From contig OZ218950.1 in assembly GCA_965112735.1 (NCBI GenBank), forward strand, positions 5,952,001 to 6,016,000: DNA of 64,000 bases, written 5' to 3'. Position 1 is the stretch's first letter, and every line of letters starts with the position of its first letter. The DNA is from Phaeosaccion multiseriatum. Lineage: Eukaryota; Protista; Ochrophyta, other classes. A program made the translations under genes and the position numbers. The notes below the pieces were generated by a model. The model saw nothing but the letters and a program-made list of their open reading frames with translations. It was not told the origin of the DNA and did no database searches. Of this stretch, positions 1 through 11,847 are shown piece after piece.

Positions 1-277
1 AGGGGAAGAGATGGTCAGCAAGGGGCGGAGAGAATCAGAGGAGTAGAGACACAGAACCCGGGAGACTCACTGAAGAATAGCCCGGCCCTGACGTGAATCA
101 TGGGTTGGGTCTCGTGTGATGGTGTGATTGGGTGGTTGTACCTGCCCGACAGGCTTCCTCCAAGGTCGGGCGCTTGCCTTTACTCCCTCACACGCCCCAT
201 TCACTCACTCATGCACCACTCCATCCATAACCCCCCGCCCCCCCCGACTTGACGACTACCTTACATATCACCAACAG

Positions 278-2936
278 CTTGGTCGGTAGAGTAGTGGAGT
301 GCGGCTCTGCTGTGCAGGACCCGGATCAGTACACGGGCAGACTCGTCTTCACCTTCAGCCCTCACGCCTCCCGCCTCGTCGTGGATGAGAGTGCCGTAAT
401 GCTTGTACCAGAGGTGAGGAGGAGGTGGTAGATCGTGTGTGCCTATGTTAATGGTGCGTTGCTTGTCGTCGCGGTCTGTGATGCTGATTTGGGTGTGGGG
501 GGGGGGGGGGGCAAGTACCACCAGAACCCCCTCCCCTAACGCTGCTTCATGCACCTCTAACGCACACACGCACACACGCACGCACACACGCACGCACACG
601 CGCACGCACACGCGCACGCACACGCACTCCTCCACCCTTCTCACCACCTTGTGCCGCTCTCTGCTCGCTCGCTCTCTCTCTCTCTCTCTCTCATTGCCCC
701 TCGCTTCGTCCTCTGCCCTCTGCCCTCCATCTCCACCTCCACCCCTACCACCCCCCCCCCCTCCACAGGGTATATCTGCCCGTGACGCAGTGTACTTGCC
801 TGCCGTAGAGACGGCCCTTGCGCTTGTGCAAGACGCCAATCCCGTCGTCGGAGAAGATGTTGCCGTCATCGGACAAGGCATGATTGGGTGCGTGCCTTTC
901 GCTATTATTGCCATGGGGAAAGTATTTATCTTAGCCACGCACGAAATGGCACAATCATACCCACACCCACACGTATTGAGTGCTGAGCTACTTACGGGTA
1001 CACGCTTGATGGGGGTGGGTAGGTAGGGCATGATTGGGTATCTGTATTGCTGAGTGGTGAGGTGGGCATGGTTGGGTGGTGAGGTGGGCATGGTTGGGTA
1101 TCTGTATTGCTGAGTGGTAGGGTGGGCATGGTTGGGTATCTGTATTGCTGAGTGGTGGGGTGGACATGGTTGGGTGGTGGGGTGGGCATGGTTGGGTGGT
1201 GGGGTGGGCATGGTTGGGTGGTGGGGTGGGCATGGTTGGGTATCTGTATTGCTGAGTGGTGGGGTGGGCATGGTTGGGTATCTGTATTGCTGAGTGGTGG
1301 GGTGGGCATGGTTGGGTGGTGGGGTGGGCATGGTTGGGTATCTGTATTGCTGAGTGGTGGGGTGGGCATGGTTGGGTGGTGGGGTGGGCATGGTTGGGTA
1401 TCTGTATTGCTGAGTGGTGGGGTGGGCATGGTTGGGTGGTGGGGTGGACATGGTTGGGTATCTGTATTGCTGAGTGGTGGGGTGGGCATGGTTGGGTGGT
1501 GGGGTGGACATGGTTGGGTATCTGTATTGCTGAGTGGTGGGGTGGGCATGGTTGGGTGGTGGGGTGGGCATGGTTGGGTATCTGTTATAAAGGCCGCTTC
1601 TCTCTGTGTCTCTCTTTGTCTCTGTCTGTCTGTCTGCCTGTCTGTCTGTCTGTCTCTCGCGCGCTTCCTTCCTTCCTCCCCTCCTGCCGTCCCTCCCCCC
1701 CCTCCTCCCTCTCACTCCCCCAATACCCCCCCCCCCCTCCCGCCACCCACACACACCCGTCCATTGCCATCCTCCCAGCCTCCTGGTGACCGCCATCCTC
1801 GCTCAAACACATGGCCGTGCTGGGGGAGGGAGCGTCACCGCCGTGGATAAGCTCCCCTCGAGGCTTGAGGCCGCGCAGAGGTATGTAAGTGTGTATGTAT
1901 GTATGTGTGGCATTGTCCATGCACACAGAAACCTTTCCTTCATTTTATTTTAATCACAAACTGTCTGGTGTGATCTCATGTTTTTCCTACTTACATTACA
2001 TACATGCCTACTCACTCACCTACCCTAACCCATCTACCTACCTGGCTGTGCACCCTCACACATGAACACACCAACTCAATCTCTCCCCCCCCCCTTCCCC
2101 CCCAAACAGCGTGGGAGCCACCCACTGCCTCCCCCCTGAGCGGCTCAGCGAAGTGGCCCCCCTGGACACTGTGGTAGAAGTGTCAGGATCCGCTCGAGGC
2201 CTACAGACGGCGCTGGACCACACGGGTTTCGGCGGGCAGGTGGTGATCGGCTCCTGGTACAGCGCTGCTGCCGCTCCCCTCGCGCTGGGCACCGCCTTCC
2301 ACCGCAGCCACTTGCGCCTCAAGGTAAGACGGGGTGTGGTGTGGTGTGGTGGGGTGGGGTAACCTGCTGCATAGTTGTAACGGTAAATGTAACGGCACGA
2401 CCGTTGCTGCTGGCCAGGGTGCTGTGGGGAAGGAGTGGGTGGCTGGAGTTGAGGTTGGGGGTTGGATTGGGTTGTGCAAAGGGTCGGGGTGTGTGATGTT
2501 GGGCGCAAGGATTGGATTCGTCGCCATGCTACGCACCGCAAAACGCTCTTCGCACCCCCCCCCGTTCGTTGTCTGCCGCCGACCCAGAAAGTCTAGAGAA
2601 GCTACGTACATCAAAGCCCCGCTCCACCTTTCCCCCCACTGCTTTGCCTCCCCTCCCCTCCCCTTATCTCTACCCCACCCCCACGCACGCACGCACTCGC
2701 AGGCCTCGCAAGTGAGTGTGATTCCCGCGGCCCTGTCGGCGCGATGGAGCAAGGCGCGGCGCTTCGAGCGGACTTGGTCTCTGGTGCGTCTGCTGCGGCC
2801 GTCGGACTTGCTCACCACGCTCACTCTTCCGCTGGAGGAGGCGCAGGAGGGCTACGCGGCGCTGGAGGCAGGCAGCGAGGTGGGGGTGTGCCTCTCTTAC
2901 GGAGGGGATGGGAATGACCACCACACGCACAAGTAG
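278..2936 (+). CDS. MDR-family (zinc-binding/alcohol dehydrogenase-like) oxidoreductase, spliced, 5' part upstream of the window
   Basis: GT-AG exons ~278-413, 769-887, 1779-1880, 2110-2323 and 2703-2936 join in frame: LVGRVVECG...VFTFSPHAS, Rossmann VAVIGQGMIG, DTVVEVSG..GLQTALD..GFGGQVVIGSWY, LPLEEAQEGY. Stop at 2934-2936. Confidence 0.8.
1026..1585. repeat. Intronic minisatellite (38+22 bp subunits, ~60 bp higher-order period)
   Basis: Tandem GGGGTGGGCATGGTTGGGT(ATCTGTATTGCTGAGTGGT/GGT) units inside dehydrogenase intron 888-1778. Confidence 0.95.
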
Positions 2937-3572
2937 GGAATGGACCTCTCTAGTGTGGTAGTGTGGTAGGAAGTTGAGAAGACGTTTCAAGCATCTTTTT
3001 TACGATCAAAAGCCTGCGGTGGACCCCACGGGGAACAAAACAAAGGCCTCTTTTTTTCAGAGGCCTCCGTAGCCGATGTCTTCCCCCCTTGCCAAAGAAC
3101 GGAGAGCAAGGCTTGAAAGGAGAGACTTCAGGCTTCTTGCCTGTGGTGGCGTAAAGCCCCTCGCCCCGCGGTGCGCCCGGGCCGCGTCGAGGAACAAGCA
3201 ACGAAAGCGTGAGAGACAAATATATCTCTCACTAGTTCTAATTAATTTTGAAAATAAGCTGCCGCTACTCCTACTCAACCCGATGCATACCGCAGGGCCC
3301 CCACGCCCTCCTAGAAGGAAGCCTCACAGCCGTTGGGCTCCTCTTGCGATCACGGTGCATCACGGTATCGTGTCTCTGAAAAGCGGAAAGTGCACGCACA
3401 CATACGCCCCCATGCATACACACACTAACAAATGCGTGTCTTTTAATAGTCCTTGCTGCGTTGGTGACTGCTGCACAAGATGGCAGGCTACCTAACGCTG
3501 GCAGAGTGCTGCGCTGGCACACACTACAGGAGAGAGGTGTACCTAGGCTGACAGACTGCGCTGCCTAGTACA

Positions 3573-4790
3573 CTACAGGAGAAAGGTCTCTTCGTGAAAG
3601 TCGAAGGAGACCTTGTTGGTGCTGTGCTTGTCACACATGAGCCGCACATCCTTGATGAGCGATGGAGGCCCGCATACGAGCACCGCCACCAAGCCGCTGG
3701 AGCACTCGGCGCTCTGTTAGGCGACAGGCGAGGGAGGGGAGGGGGGGATACAGATGATGATGATGATGAAGACGATGATGATGATGATGAGGATGTGTGT
3801 ATATGATGGTGTGATGATGATGGTGATGATGATGATGATGATGATAACAACGATAATGATAAAGATAACGATGATGATATAACAAAGATGGATGATAACG
3901 ATAACTATGACGGATTGACGACGATTGATGGTAAGACAAGGATGATGAGGGAAATTATGAGGATGGTGACAATGACTTACCGCCTCCGCGAATATTTTTG
4001 CCAAGTCAGGCCTTCCCGCCCTGACGTGCTCCTGAAGGTCGAGGTGCACGTTGGCGGCCGTTAGGTCACTCCTGCTCTCTCGCTTCATGCGGGTGAGATG
4101 GAAGTCAGTGCGGAAGAAGTCTCCGTCTGCAGAGTCAGGCCGTGTGGCGCAGCAGGGGTGAGACAAGGCAAGGAGGTACAGAGGCAACAAGGCACGCAGC
4201 AGAGGGGAAGGGAGCCGAGCGTGAGGAATCAGGGGAGGAATCAAGTCGTTCTTGGTGTACACAGGGGAGGAATCAAATCGTTCTTGGTGTACACGCAACA
4301 AACATCTAAGCGTCTAAACAGGAAACCCGCCGTGGAACCCCACCCACGTGTGTGCTACTTTAACCCCAAAGCTGCGGACCCAGTCAGTCAGGCGCATCCT
4401 ATCCTTCTCCTTTGGGGTACTTTTGACTGCTCTTGCCTCACTCCCCCACTCCCTCGCCCATTCCCTCACTCACTCACCCTTCTTGCCCCCCCCTTCTCCG
4501 TCCTTGGCACCTTCCCCGCCCCTCCCCTTCTCCTCATCGGCCCTTGTGTTGGGAGAGGCCAGGCGCCGCAAGAGGACCGGCTAAGGTGCGTACATAGAGG
4601 AGTAGAGAAGGTGCGTACGTAGGAGTACGGAAGGTACGTTACGTATGCATGTAGATAGGCAGGTATAGACAGAGGTAGGTAGGCAAACTAGCAGGTAGGT
4701 AGGGAGGTAGGTAGGTAGAGGAGGATGGAGGCGGTGAGAGGCATGGGGCAGTCAGCACCGAAGCAGGAGAGGGGTAGATGGTTGATCGTA

Positions 4791-4835
<45 letters not shown>

Positions 4836-6614
4836 ATGATCTCTCCCTCTGGCCTTCACACCACACATTCCCACTCTGTCACTCTCTGTGGGGTCTCTCT
4901 CCCCCACTCCCTCTTTCCCTCATTCGCTCTCCCTCTCTCCGTCCCACCTGGAAGCTCTTGGGGATGGCTTTGTGCATTGGCAGCAGCGATCTCTCCGCCT
5001 CTGCGTCCTTGTCGTACATAGAGTTGAGCAGGAAGTGATCTGCACACGACCACACGAACCACAGCCTATCCAGAGTCCGCCCCCTGCACGCACGCACGCA
5101 CGCGCACACACACACACGTAGACACGCATACAGGAAGAGAAGACTCTTTACGTTAGTTCACGCCGCCGACAGCCACCCACTCCTGCTTTCTCTTGTTTGC
5201 ATACGTGAGTCCATGCATTGTCTTTCAGCCCTGTACCGGCCCTCCTTGGCTTGTTGGTTCTTCGCCCTCCTCTCGCCCTCCCCTCACCCTCCCCTCACCT
5301 CTCACACTGGTCGAGGAGCTCGTTGCAAACGCTCTGCAGAGGGGTGATGCCGATGCCTGGGTAGAGGCACACGGGGATGGGGGGCAGTCGTTCAGAGGGG
5401 AGGGGAAAGCGACCGTCAGTCGCACGGTCAGTCGCACAGTCAGTCAGTGAGGCGGCAGCAAGCGACATTCGATAAGACAGTGAAAACGCGAGTCGGTGGT
5501 GGGTGGGGGGGTGCATTTGGAAGACCTTGCTGGCAGGGAGGTTTTATCAGTAGGCAGGCGGACAGACAAGAGAGGCAGGAGGGTAGAGTAGGGCAGTCTG
5601 GGGGTGGTGTGACTCACCTCCTGAGATGAGCAGCACAGACTTGTACTTGGGCCCGTCTAGGTCCACACCAAGCTCTCCGTAGGGGCCCTCCAAGTAAATC
5701 TACGGGAGGATGGCAGTGGATGGGGTGGAGATTTAGAGGCATAGGGGCGGTGTGGTGTGTGTGTGGGTGTTACGTGTGGTGTGTGTGTGTGTGAGAGGTG
5801 TGTGTGGAGAGTGTGATGGTGTGAGGTGTCATCATGCATTCAAACCCCTCACCTTGACCACGATGGGTGCCCCCTTGAGGCCGTTCTTGGCTGCGAGGGC
5901 GTGCAGGCGTTTCGTCCAACCCCCTAACACTCGCACGTGGAGAGTCACCTCGGCGTCGTGTGGGGAGGAGGAGATGCTGCAATCAGGGCATGCGCAGGGC
6001 ATGGCCAGGGCGGGGTAGAGGTGTATGGGCAGGGCAGGGGAGAGGTGTATGGGCAGGGCAGGGTAGAGGTGTATGGGCAGGGCAGGGTTAAGGTGTATGG
6101 GCAGGGCAAGACAGGGCAGGACAGGGTGGGGCCGTAGCAGAAGGGGGATGAGACAGAGGCAAGGCAAACGGAGATTGAAAGAAAGGGTGCACGTTATTTA
6201 GATAGATAGCTGTCAGAGGGAGGGGAAGGGGAAGGTGGGCTGCGGCTCACAACGGTGGTTACACCATGACACGGCCTTCTACCACTTCTGTAGTACTTGG
6301 TTAGTTTAGTACCTGAAGGGGTGCCACTCGAACATGGACAGCTCCGGGATCATAAGGAACACGTACTGGCCGCCCTTGTACTTGAAGTTGCCTTCTTTCT
6401 TTGAGAATGTGATGCGAATGACGTCAGCGGGCAGGGCCACGAGCTTGGCCTCATGGGCGTACCTGGTGTTGGGGAGTAAGACAGGGCCCAGCGAGGGTGG
6501 TGGGTTGGGGTGGGGTGGAGTGGGGTGGGGATGACTGAGGGAGCTTCGGGATGGGCGGGGGTAGACGCGGGACGAGGAGAGAGGCAAAGAGGGAGGGAGG
6601 AGAGAAACATGGGG

Positions 6615-6661
<47 letters not shown>

Positions 6662-8026
6662 GGGGAGGGGGGGGGGGAGATGGATGGGAGAGATGGGCAC
6701 ATACAGTGGGAGAGAGAGAGAGAGATGGCCCTGTCCACACACCTTCCTGCCATGTACCAGTAGCGGAGGCCGAGATCGACTGACCAGAGAGCCAATCCCA
6801 GCGCAATGACCCCGGCCCCGTGTATTATGGCAAAGACGATGGTCACTGCCAAGGCCACGAGGTGTAAGTAGTACCACACTTCAAAGAACTTTTCTCGGAA
6901 CACGCGAAAGAAGGAGGACGCCACCAAGACCCCCATGGCAATCACCAAGACCGTTCCGGAAAAGTTGTTCTCGCATTGCACAAAGCCATGCAGGCCGCCG
7001 GAGACGAAGGCAGCGAAGGAAGCGGCCTTGTGGTACCGGATGGCTCTCTCGAAGGGAACGCCGAGCAGGTAGGTGAGCGGGGAGTTGTGGATGGCAAAGA
7101 GGAAGGAGAGGGGGAGGAAGATGGAGGAGATACCACCTCCAGATTCACATGCGGCCACCGCGGGAATGGCGGTCAGGAGAAGTGCGAGGGGCAGCCAGAT
7201 GAAGGCCTGGCGGAGGGAGGGAGGGAGGGAGGGAGGGAGAAAGTGAGTGGTTGAGAGAGCGATTGAGGGAGTGAGCGGGTGTGGGGGTGAGGGAGGGAGG
7301 GCGGAATCAGAGGGGCGTGCGCCCTTCTTGAAGAGATTGTGGCTACAGCAGCATTTGTCAGGAGAGTGAGCCGAATGGAGGGGGACGCGCAGACTTTGGA
7401 AGATACCCCACCTCTGCGTAGGTGAGGTGGAATCTCCCAATGTTGATTCGCCGCTGCAGGGGATAGAGAAAGGGCGCCCGCCTGTTCGAGCAGCGAGAGA
7501 GTTGGGACATATGGCAGAGAGGAGAAGGGACAGGGAGCAGGAGGGAAAGAAGAAGAAGAAGAAGAAGAAGAAGAAGAAGAAGAAGGAGAAAGAAGAAGAA
7601 GAAGAAGAAGAAGAAGAAGAAGAAGAAGAAGAAGAAGAAGAAGAAGAAGAAGAAGAAGAAGAAGGAGGAGGAGAAGAAGATACATGGTCATCGCTGGCTC
7701 TAATTTAACGCCGTTTCCTCCTCACTGCAAGCGTGAGCTGTACCCGGGTGTGTGCGGGGAGGGGGGAGCACTTGAGCAGAATGGACCTCTCTGCCTTACC
7801 TCGCGGCCCACTTCTTGCTGTGTTTACACACGCTCTCGTAGGGCTCCCATGGCGTTGGCGAGATGCTCTCCTTCCCTTCAGCCGGCTTGAGGGGGTCGTC
7901 CTCTTGAGGTGGTGGCTCCTGTTCCTGCTGCTGCTGATCAACGAGCTCCACTTGCTGCAGCGCGGGGCTCCCAGCAACGGCGGCGCCATTGGTCTGTGTC
8001 TCTCCGTCAGCCACCACAGCCGCCAT
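3573..8026 (-). CDS. Ferric reductase / NADPH oxidase-family transmembrane flavocytochrome, about 11 exons
   Basis: Spliced exons give TM helices with His pairs (RYHK..GLHG, YYLHL..IIHG), FAD motif GQYVFL..EWHPFSISS, GGWTKRL, EGPYG, NADPH motif ISGGIGITP, WFVWS, GRPDL, VCGP and terminal FHEETFLL* (TAG 3573-3575). The start at 8026 and the first junctions are less certain. Confidence 0.88.
6012..6125. repeat. GTAGAGGTGTATGGGCAGGGCAGG minisatellite (dispersed intronic family)
   Basis: About 4 units in a ferric reductase intron. The same unit occurs at 10195-10420 (and its duplicates) and at 47233-47800. Confidence 0.9.
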
Positions 8027-8257
8027 GGGGAGTGGCTTTTGAGTGCCCGCCTTGCACCTTGCGACTGTGGCTTCCGTGTTCCCTCTTCCTTCCTTGCCTG
8101 ATTCCCTTGTTCTGGCGTTGAGGTGTCCGTTCAGTCGCGAATGTTTGCGAGCGGAGGATTCAGCGGGGACAAATCGACTGAAACAAGGACAAACCGAACA
8201 CAGGGGGGAATAAGTGCAGCCGTTGGTGGTATGGTGGGGAAAACACGTAATCTTACG

Positions 8258-8614
8258 ACCCCACGCGGTACCACCTTGTCCCTTTTGCAATAGAACAGCA
8301 AGGCGCATTTGGTCCTTCTGCTCAGATGTTTCTGAAAACACTCGCCACCCACATGGCTGTGGGGGGCACGAACATCTGGACCTGAGGGCTTATGCGAGAG
8401 CTGTTTGCGTCATTCGGCGACGATTAGCCGTAGCGCTCCAGCGGGCCCGACACGAACGATCGGTTCGCCACAGGATCCTGGCTGGTATCAACTTTGTTCC
8501 AATGGGAAGAACTGATGAGTCAGAGGGACACGACCTCGAGGGCTAAGTTCCCCGCGGCGGTGAGACATTACTTTTAGACAACCATAGATGGCACTTAAGG
8601 GTGTAATATATTTA
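8258..8614 (+). mobile_element. 5'-truncated 3' fragment of a CRE-like RLE non-LTR retrotransposon
   Basis: Near-identical to the reverse complement of 49720-50080 (YDPTRYHLVPF...EGHDLEG* plus 3' UTR), with a 1-nt frameshift near 8360. Flanked by direct repeat TAATCTTACG at 8248-8257 and 8615-8624 (TSD). Confidence 0.9.
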
Positions 8615-8862
8615 TAATCTTACGTTCAGGGGGGGGCACTCCACTTTTCTTCTCGTTGTCGTATAGCTTATCGTAGCCTGAGCCTCGCCCTTGTCGTACT
8701 ACTGAGACCGCTTTTCCACAAAGAGGGGCAAGAGATCTTTGGGGAGTGAATCCTGAGAGGAAATAAGCGGCGGAGGAGAGGAGAGGAAAGGACAGAGGAG
8801 GAAAGGGGTGGGAGACGCCCAGCACCGGAGGAGGAGGAACGGAGGAACAGCCGCCCCGAGAC

Positions 8863-11333
8863 ATGCAAATCTGTTCTGCTGTGATCAAGTACTTTGAGAA
8901 GAACCAGAAACAAGGATACGTGAACTATGTGATAGAGGTGAGGGAGAGGCCCACATATCTGGGGAGAGTGGGGGGGCTCTTGTTCAGGACACCCTCGTCC
9001 CTCAACGCGCAGGCTTTTGCCGTGCACCTAGATTTGTCTGCTCTCCTCTCTTGGCGGTTCTCTTCTTTGTCCCTTTCTTCTCGTAGACGCATATTCAACC
9101 ACACGCACCCCCACCCCCCCCTTCTTGTCTCAGGTGGGCTTTGACAGAGAGAAGTGGGAGATTGAGAAGCGCTTCAGTGACTTCTCGCAGCTGCACCAAA
9201 AGCTTCAAAGGGAGTTTCCCGAGGACCTGCTGGTAGACCTGCCCCCTAAGAGGTTCTTTGGAAGGTGGGTGAGGGGGGGGGGGCATGGCAAGAGAAACAA
9301 CACACAGAGGGAGGGGCATGCCTGCCTAGGAGAAGCGAGATCCTTGAGCGCCAACCAAAAACACGTGCTCCTCAGAGCACAGCAGAGGACCAACGCATGC
9401 TGTGCCCCATGTCCCCCTCGTCAACGTCGTCCTAACCCCCCCCCCTCCCTCATTATTCTCGTACCCTACACGCCTGCGCTCTGGGCACCCTGACGCAACG
9501 CAATGGGCAACGCACGCACACACGTACCTGGTGTCAGGTTCGACCCCCGGTTCCTCCACGAGCGCCATGGAGACCTCCAGCGGTACCTGAGTGAAGTGCT
9601 GACGCTTGTCTATGTCACTGAAAGCCTGGCGCTGGCGGAATTCCTGGAGATTGCCCAGCACACGAGCTGGGAACCGCAGGGCTTTGGGAATGGGCAGGAG
9701 GGGGATGCGGCGGGCAGAGAAGCCGTCGAGCGAGTGAGTCCGAGTCAAGGCAGAGGAGGATGGGGATCGTGCCACCGGGGGAGTTTTTTAGATTGGAATG
9801 AACTGTACCTAAGAATTTATACGTATGACATCGGGGGGCGGGGGTGGCGTTGCGGGGTGTGGTGTGGCGTGTTCGTCTGGGATGTGGGGGGACCTTTTGG
9901 GAGGCGGCGGTACGTTGTGTTCAGGCTGTGCCCTCGGCCGTCGTAGGATCTCCCTCTGTATAGATGTGTATCTCTCGTCTCTCGTCGCTGGCTCAGTTCG
10001 CTCACGGCAATCACGCTCGTCATTGGAATGTCATGATTGGAAACGCTCTTCCCCCCCCCCCCATTTTAGGAACGACTCGCCCTTCTAGTGGAGGAGACGG
10101 CGAAGGCCCTAATCGACGTGTCAAGGCTTGGTGTGGAGCCGCCAGACAAGGTCAGCGGTGTAGGCACGCCGGGCTGAGGGCAGGCGGGCGGGCACGGCAG
10201 GGTAGAGGTGTATGGGGAGGGCAGGGCAGGGCAGAGTAGAGGTGTATGGGCAGGGCAGGGCAGAGGTGTATGGGCAGGGCAGAGTAGAGGTGTATGGGCA
10301 GGGCAGGGCAGGGCAGGGCAGAGGTGTATGGGCAGGGCAGGGCAGAGGTGTATGGGCAGGGCAGGGTAGAGGTGTATGGGCAGGGCAGGGTAGAGGTGTA
10401 TGGGCAGGGCAGGCAGGGCTGCAGGGACTGGGTGCAGGGATATGAGCGGGGTGGGGGCGCCGAGGGAGATTTTCGAGCCAGGCTTTTGTTCGATATCCTC
10501 TGCCCCACTCAAACCCACCTACCCTTCTGCCCCACCACAACCCACCCACCCGCCCACCCATTGACATACTTCACCCACCCACCCACCCCCCTTGCCTCAG
10601 ATGGAGATCCTTGCCCAGCGGGAGAAGCTGCTGAGGCAGTGCGACGGCTTCAAGACGCACGCCGCCCACCTGGAGCAGTTCTTCAACCCACACATGCCCC
10701 CCAGTGACGGTGCGTGGCGGGTTGCTGTGCTTCTTTTCTCTGTTTGGCGCGTTGGTTCGGTGATTAGTTCATTGATTTGAGTTTCCAGCGTCTGTCCCTG
10801 CTGGATCGGCAGGAGGGGGTCGCCACCCCTCACGCCGTCTTTGGCATAGTTGGGAGGATGGGAGGGCAGCAGAGGGGAGAGCTCCGTCTCGGTTTGAGTT
10901 TCCGCTTTCTCGTCCTTGACAGCCCTCTCTTGAAGCTGGGGAGGGGGAGTGCTTCCTGAGGTTCGGTGAAGCGCGACGTGAGAAGGCGTAGAAGTGTTTT
11001 TCGTTTGTCGGTTCATGCCTTACTTCCCTGCTGCTATCCTGTATATTCTTCTAACAAATCCCCCCCTCCCCTCCCCTCCCCTCTTTGGGTGCTGCGTGAA
11101 AATGAACCCCTTTCCACAATTCCCTCCTCCCTCCAAACCCAAAAGACTGTGTGGGCAACGTAGACGGGCTGCTGGAGACCCTGTCCAGAGGGCCGGCCAT
11201 CCCCCTGTCTGGACAGGAGCAGTCCATGGAGCGGTGGGGCTTGGGCGTCATTGACCATCTGCGGGGAGCGGCAAGGATCGAGGAGGAGCAGGGCGGAGTA
11301 GGGATTGTGTGTCACATGCAGCAAATCCAGTGA
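8863..11333 (+). CDS. PX (phox homology) domain protein, 6 exons
   Basis: Exons 8863-8937, 9134-9264, 9538-9733, 10070-10150, 10601-10709 and 11146-11333 join in frame. PX signature YVIEV...WEIEKRFSDFSQLHQKL..FP...LPPKRFFGRFDPRFLHER..LQRYL. Confidence 0.88.
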
Positions 11334-11632
11334 GTGAGTGAGTGAGTGAGTAAAAGTGAGTGAGTGAGTGAGTGAGTGAGTGAGTGAGTGACCAGGGGGA
11401 GCGAGCGAACGAACGAGCAAGCTATAGGCCTCGGTGCAGTTTTGATTGTGTTCTTCTTCATTAAAATACATTTGATATCTCATTTGCTTCCGGGTGCTCA
11501 GGCGTGAGAGTAAGAGAGCAGGAGGCGGGGGGGAGAAGAGAGAAGGGGGCCAACGCCAAGCAGCAACGCGCACTTGGCTCCCCACGCGGGACATCCAATC
11601 TTTGAGGGTTGGTGCACCGCGCTGGCTCACAG

Positions 11633-11785
11633 GTTTCTTAGGTGATGTCTATTAAGTCAATAAATACTCCTCCCGGCGAGGGCCCCGGAGACACAGCGAC
11701 ACCTACACACACACACACACACACACACTTTCACACTTTCAGTTTCTTAGGTGATTCCTATTAAGTCAATAAAGTTCCTCCCGGC
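11633..11785. other. 64-bp (CA)n-containing insert between two ~45-bp imperfect direct repeats
   Basis: GTTTCTTAGGTGAT..CTATTAAGTCAATAAA..TCCTCCCGGC at 11633-11677 and 11742-11785. This segment is single-copy in the other array units. Confidence 0.8.
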
Positions 11786-11847
11786 TTGGTTCCTCTCCAC
11801 TTTCTTTGCTTTATCATTACATCGAGACTCATCATCCTTGGAGAAGC

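Noticed and set aside
261-1850. Long repetitive ORFs (511 aa, 232 aa, etc.)
   Set aside because: Translations of an intronic minisatellite. The same applies to ORFs at 26041-27148, 27554-28582, 30152-30717, 46986-47957 (in part) and 62700-63701.
11806-11847. Upstream TTG/GTG starts for FNIP ORFs given in the ORF track (11806, 20351, 51442, 55812)
   Set aside because: Eukaryotic context. The ATG of MSDTCG is conserved in all five copies, while the upstream frame is broken in gene B.
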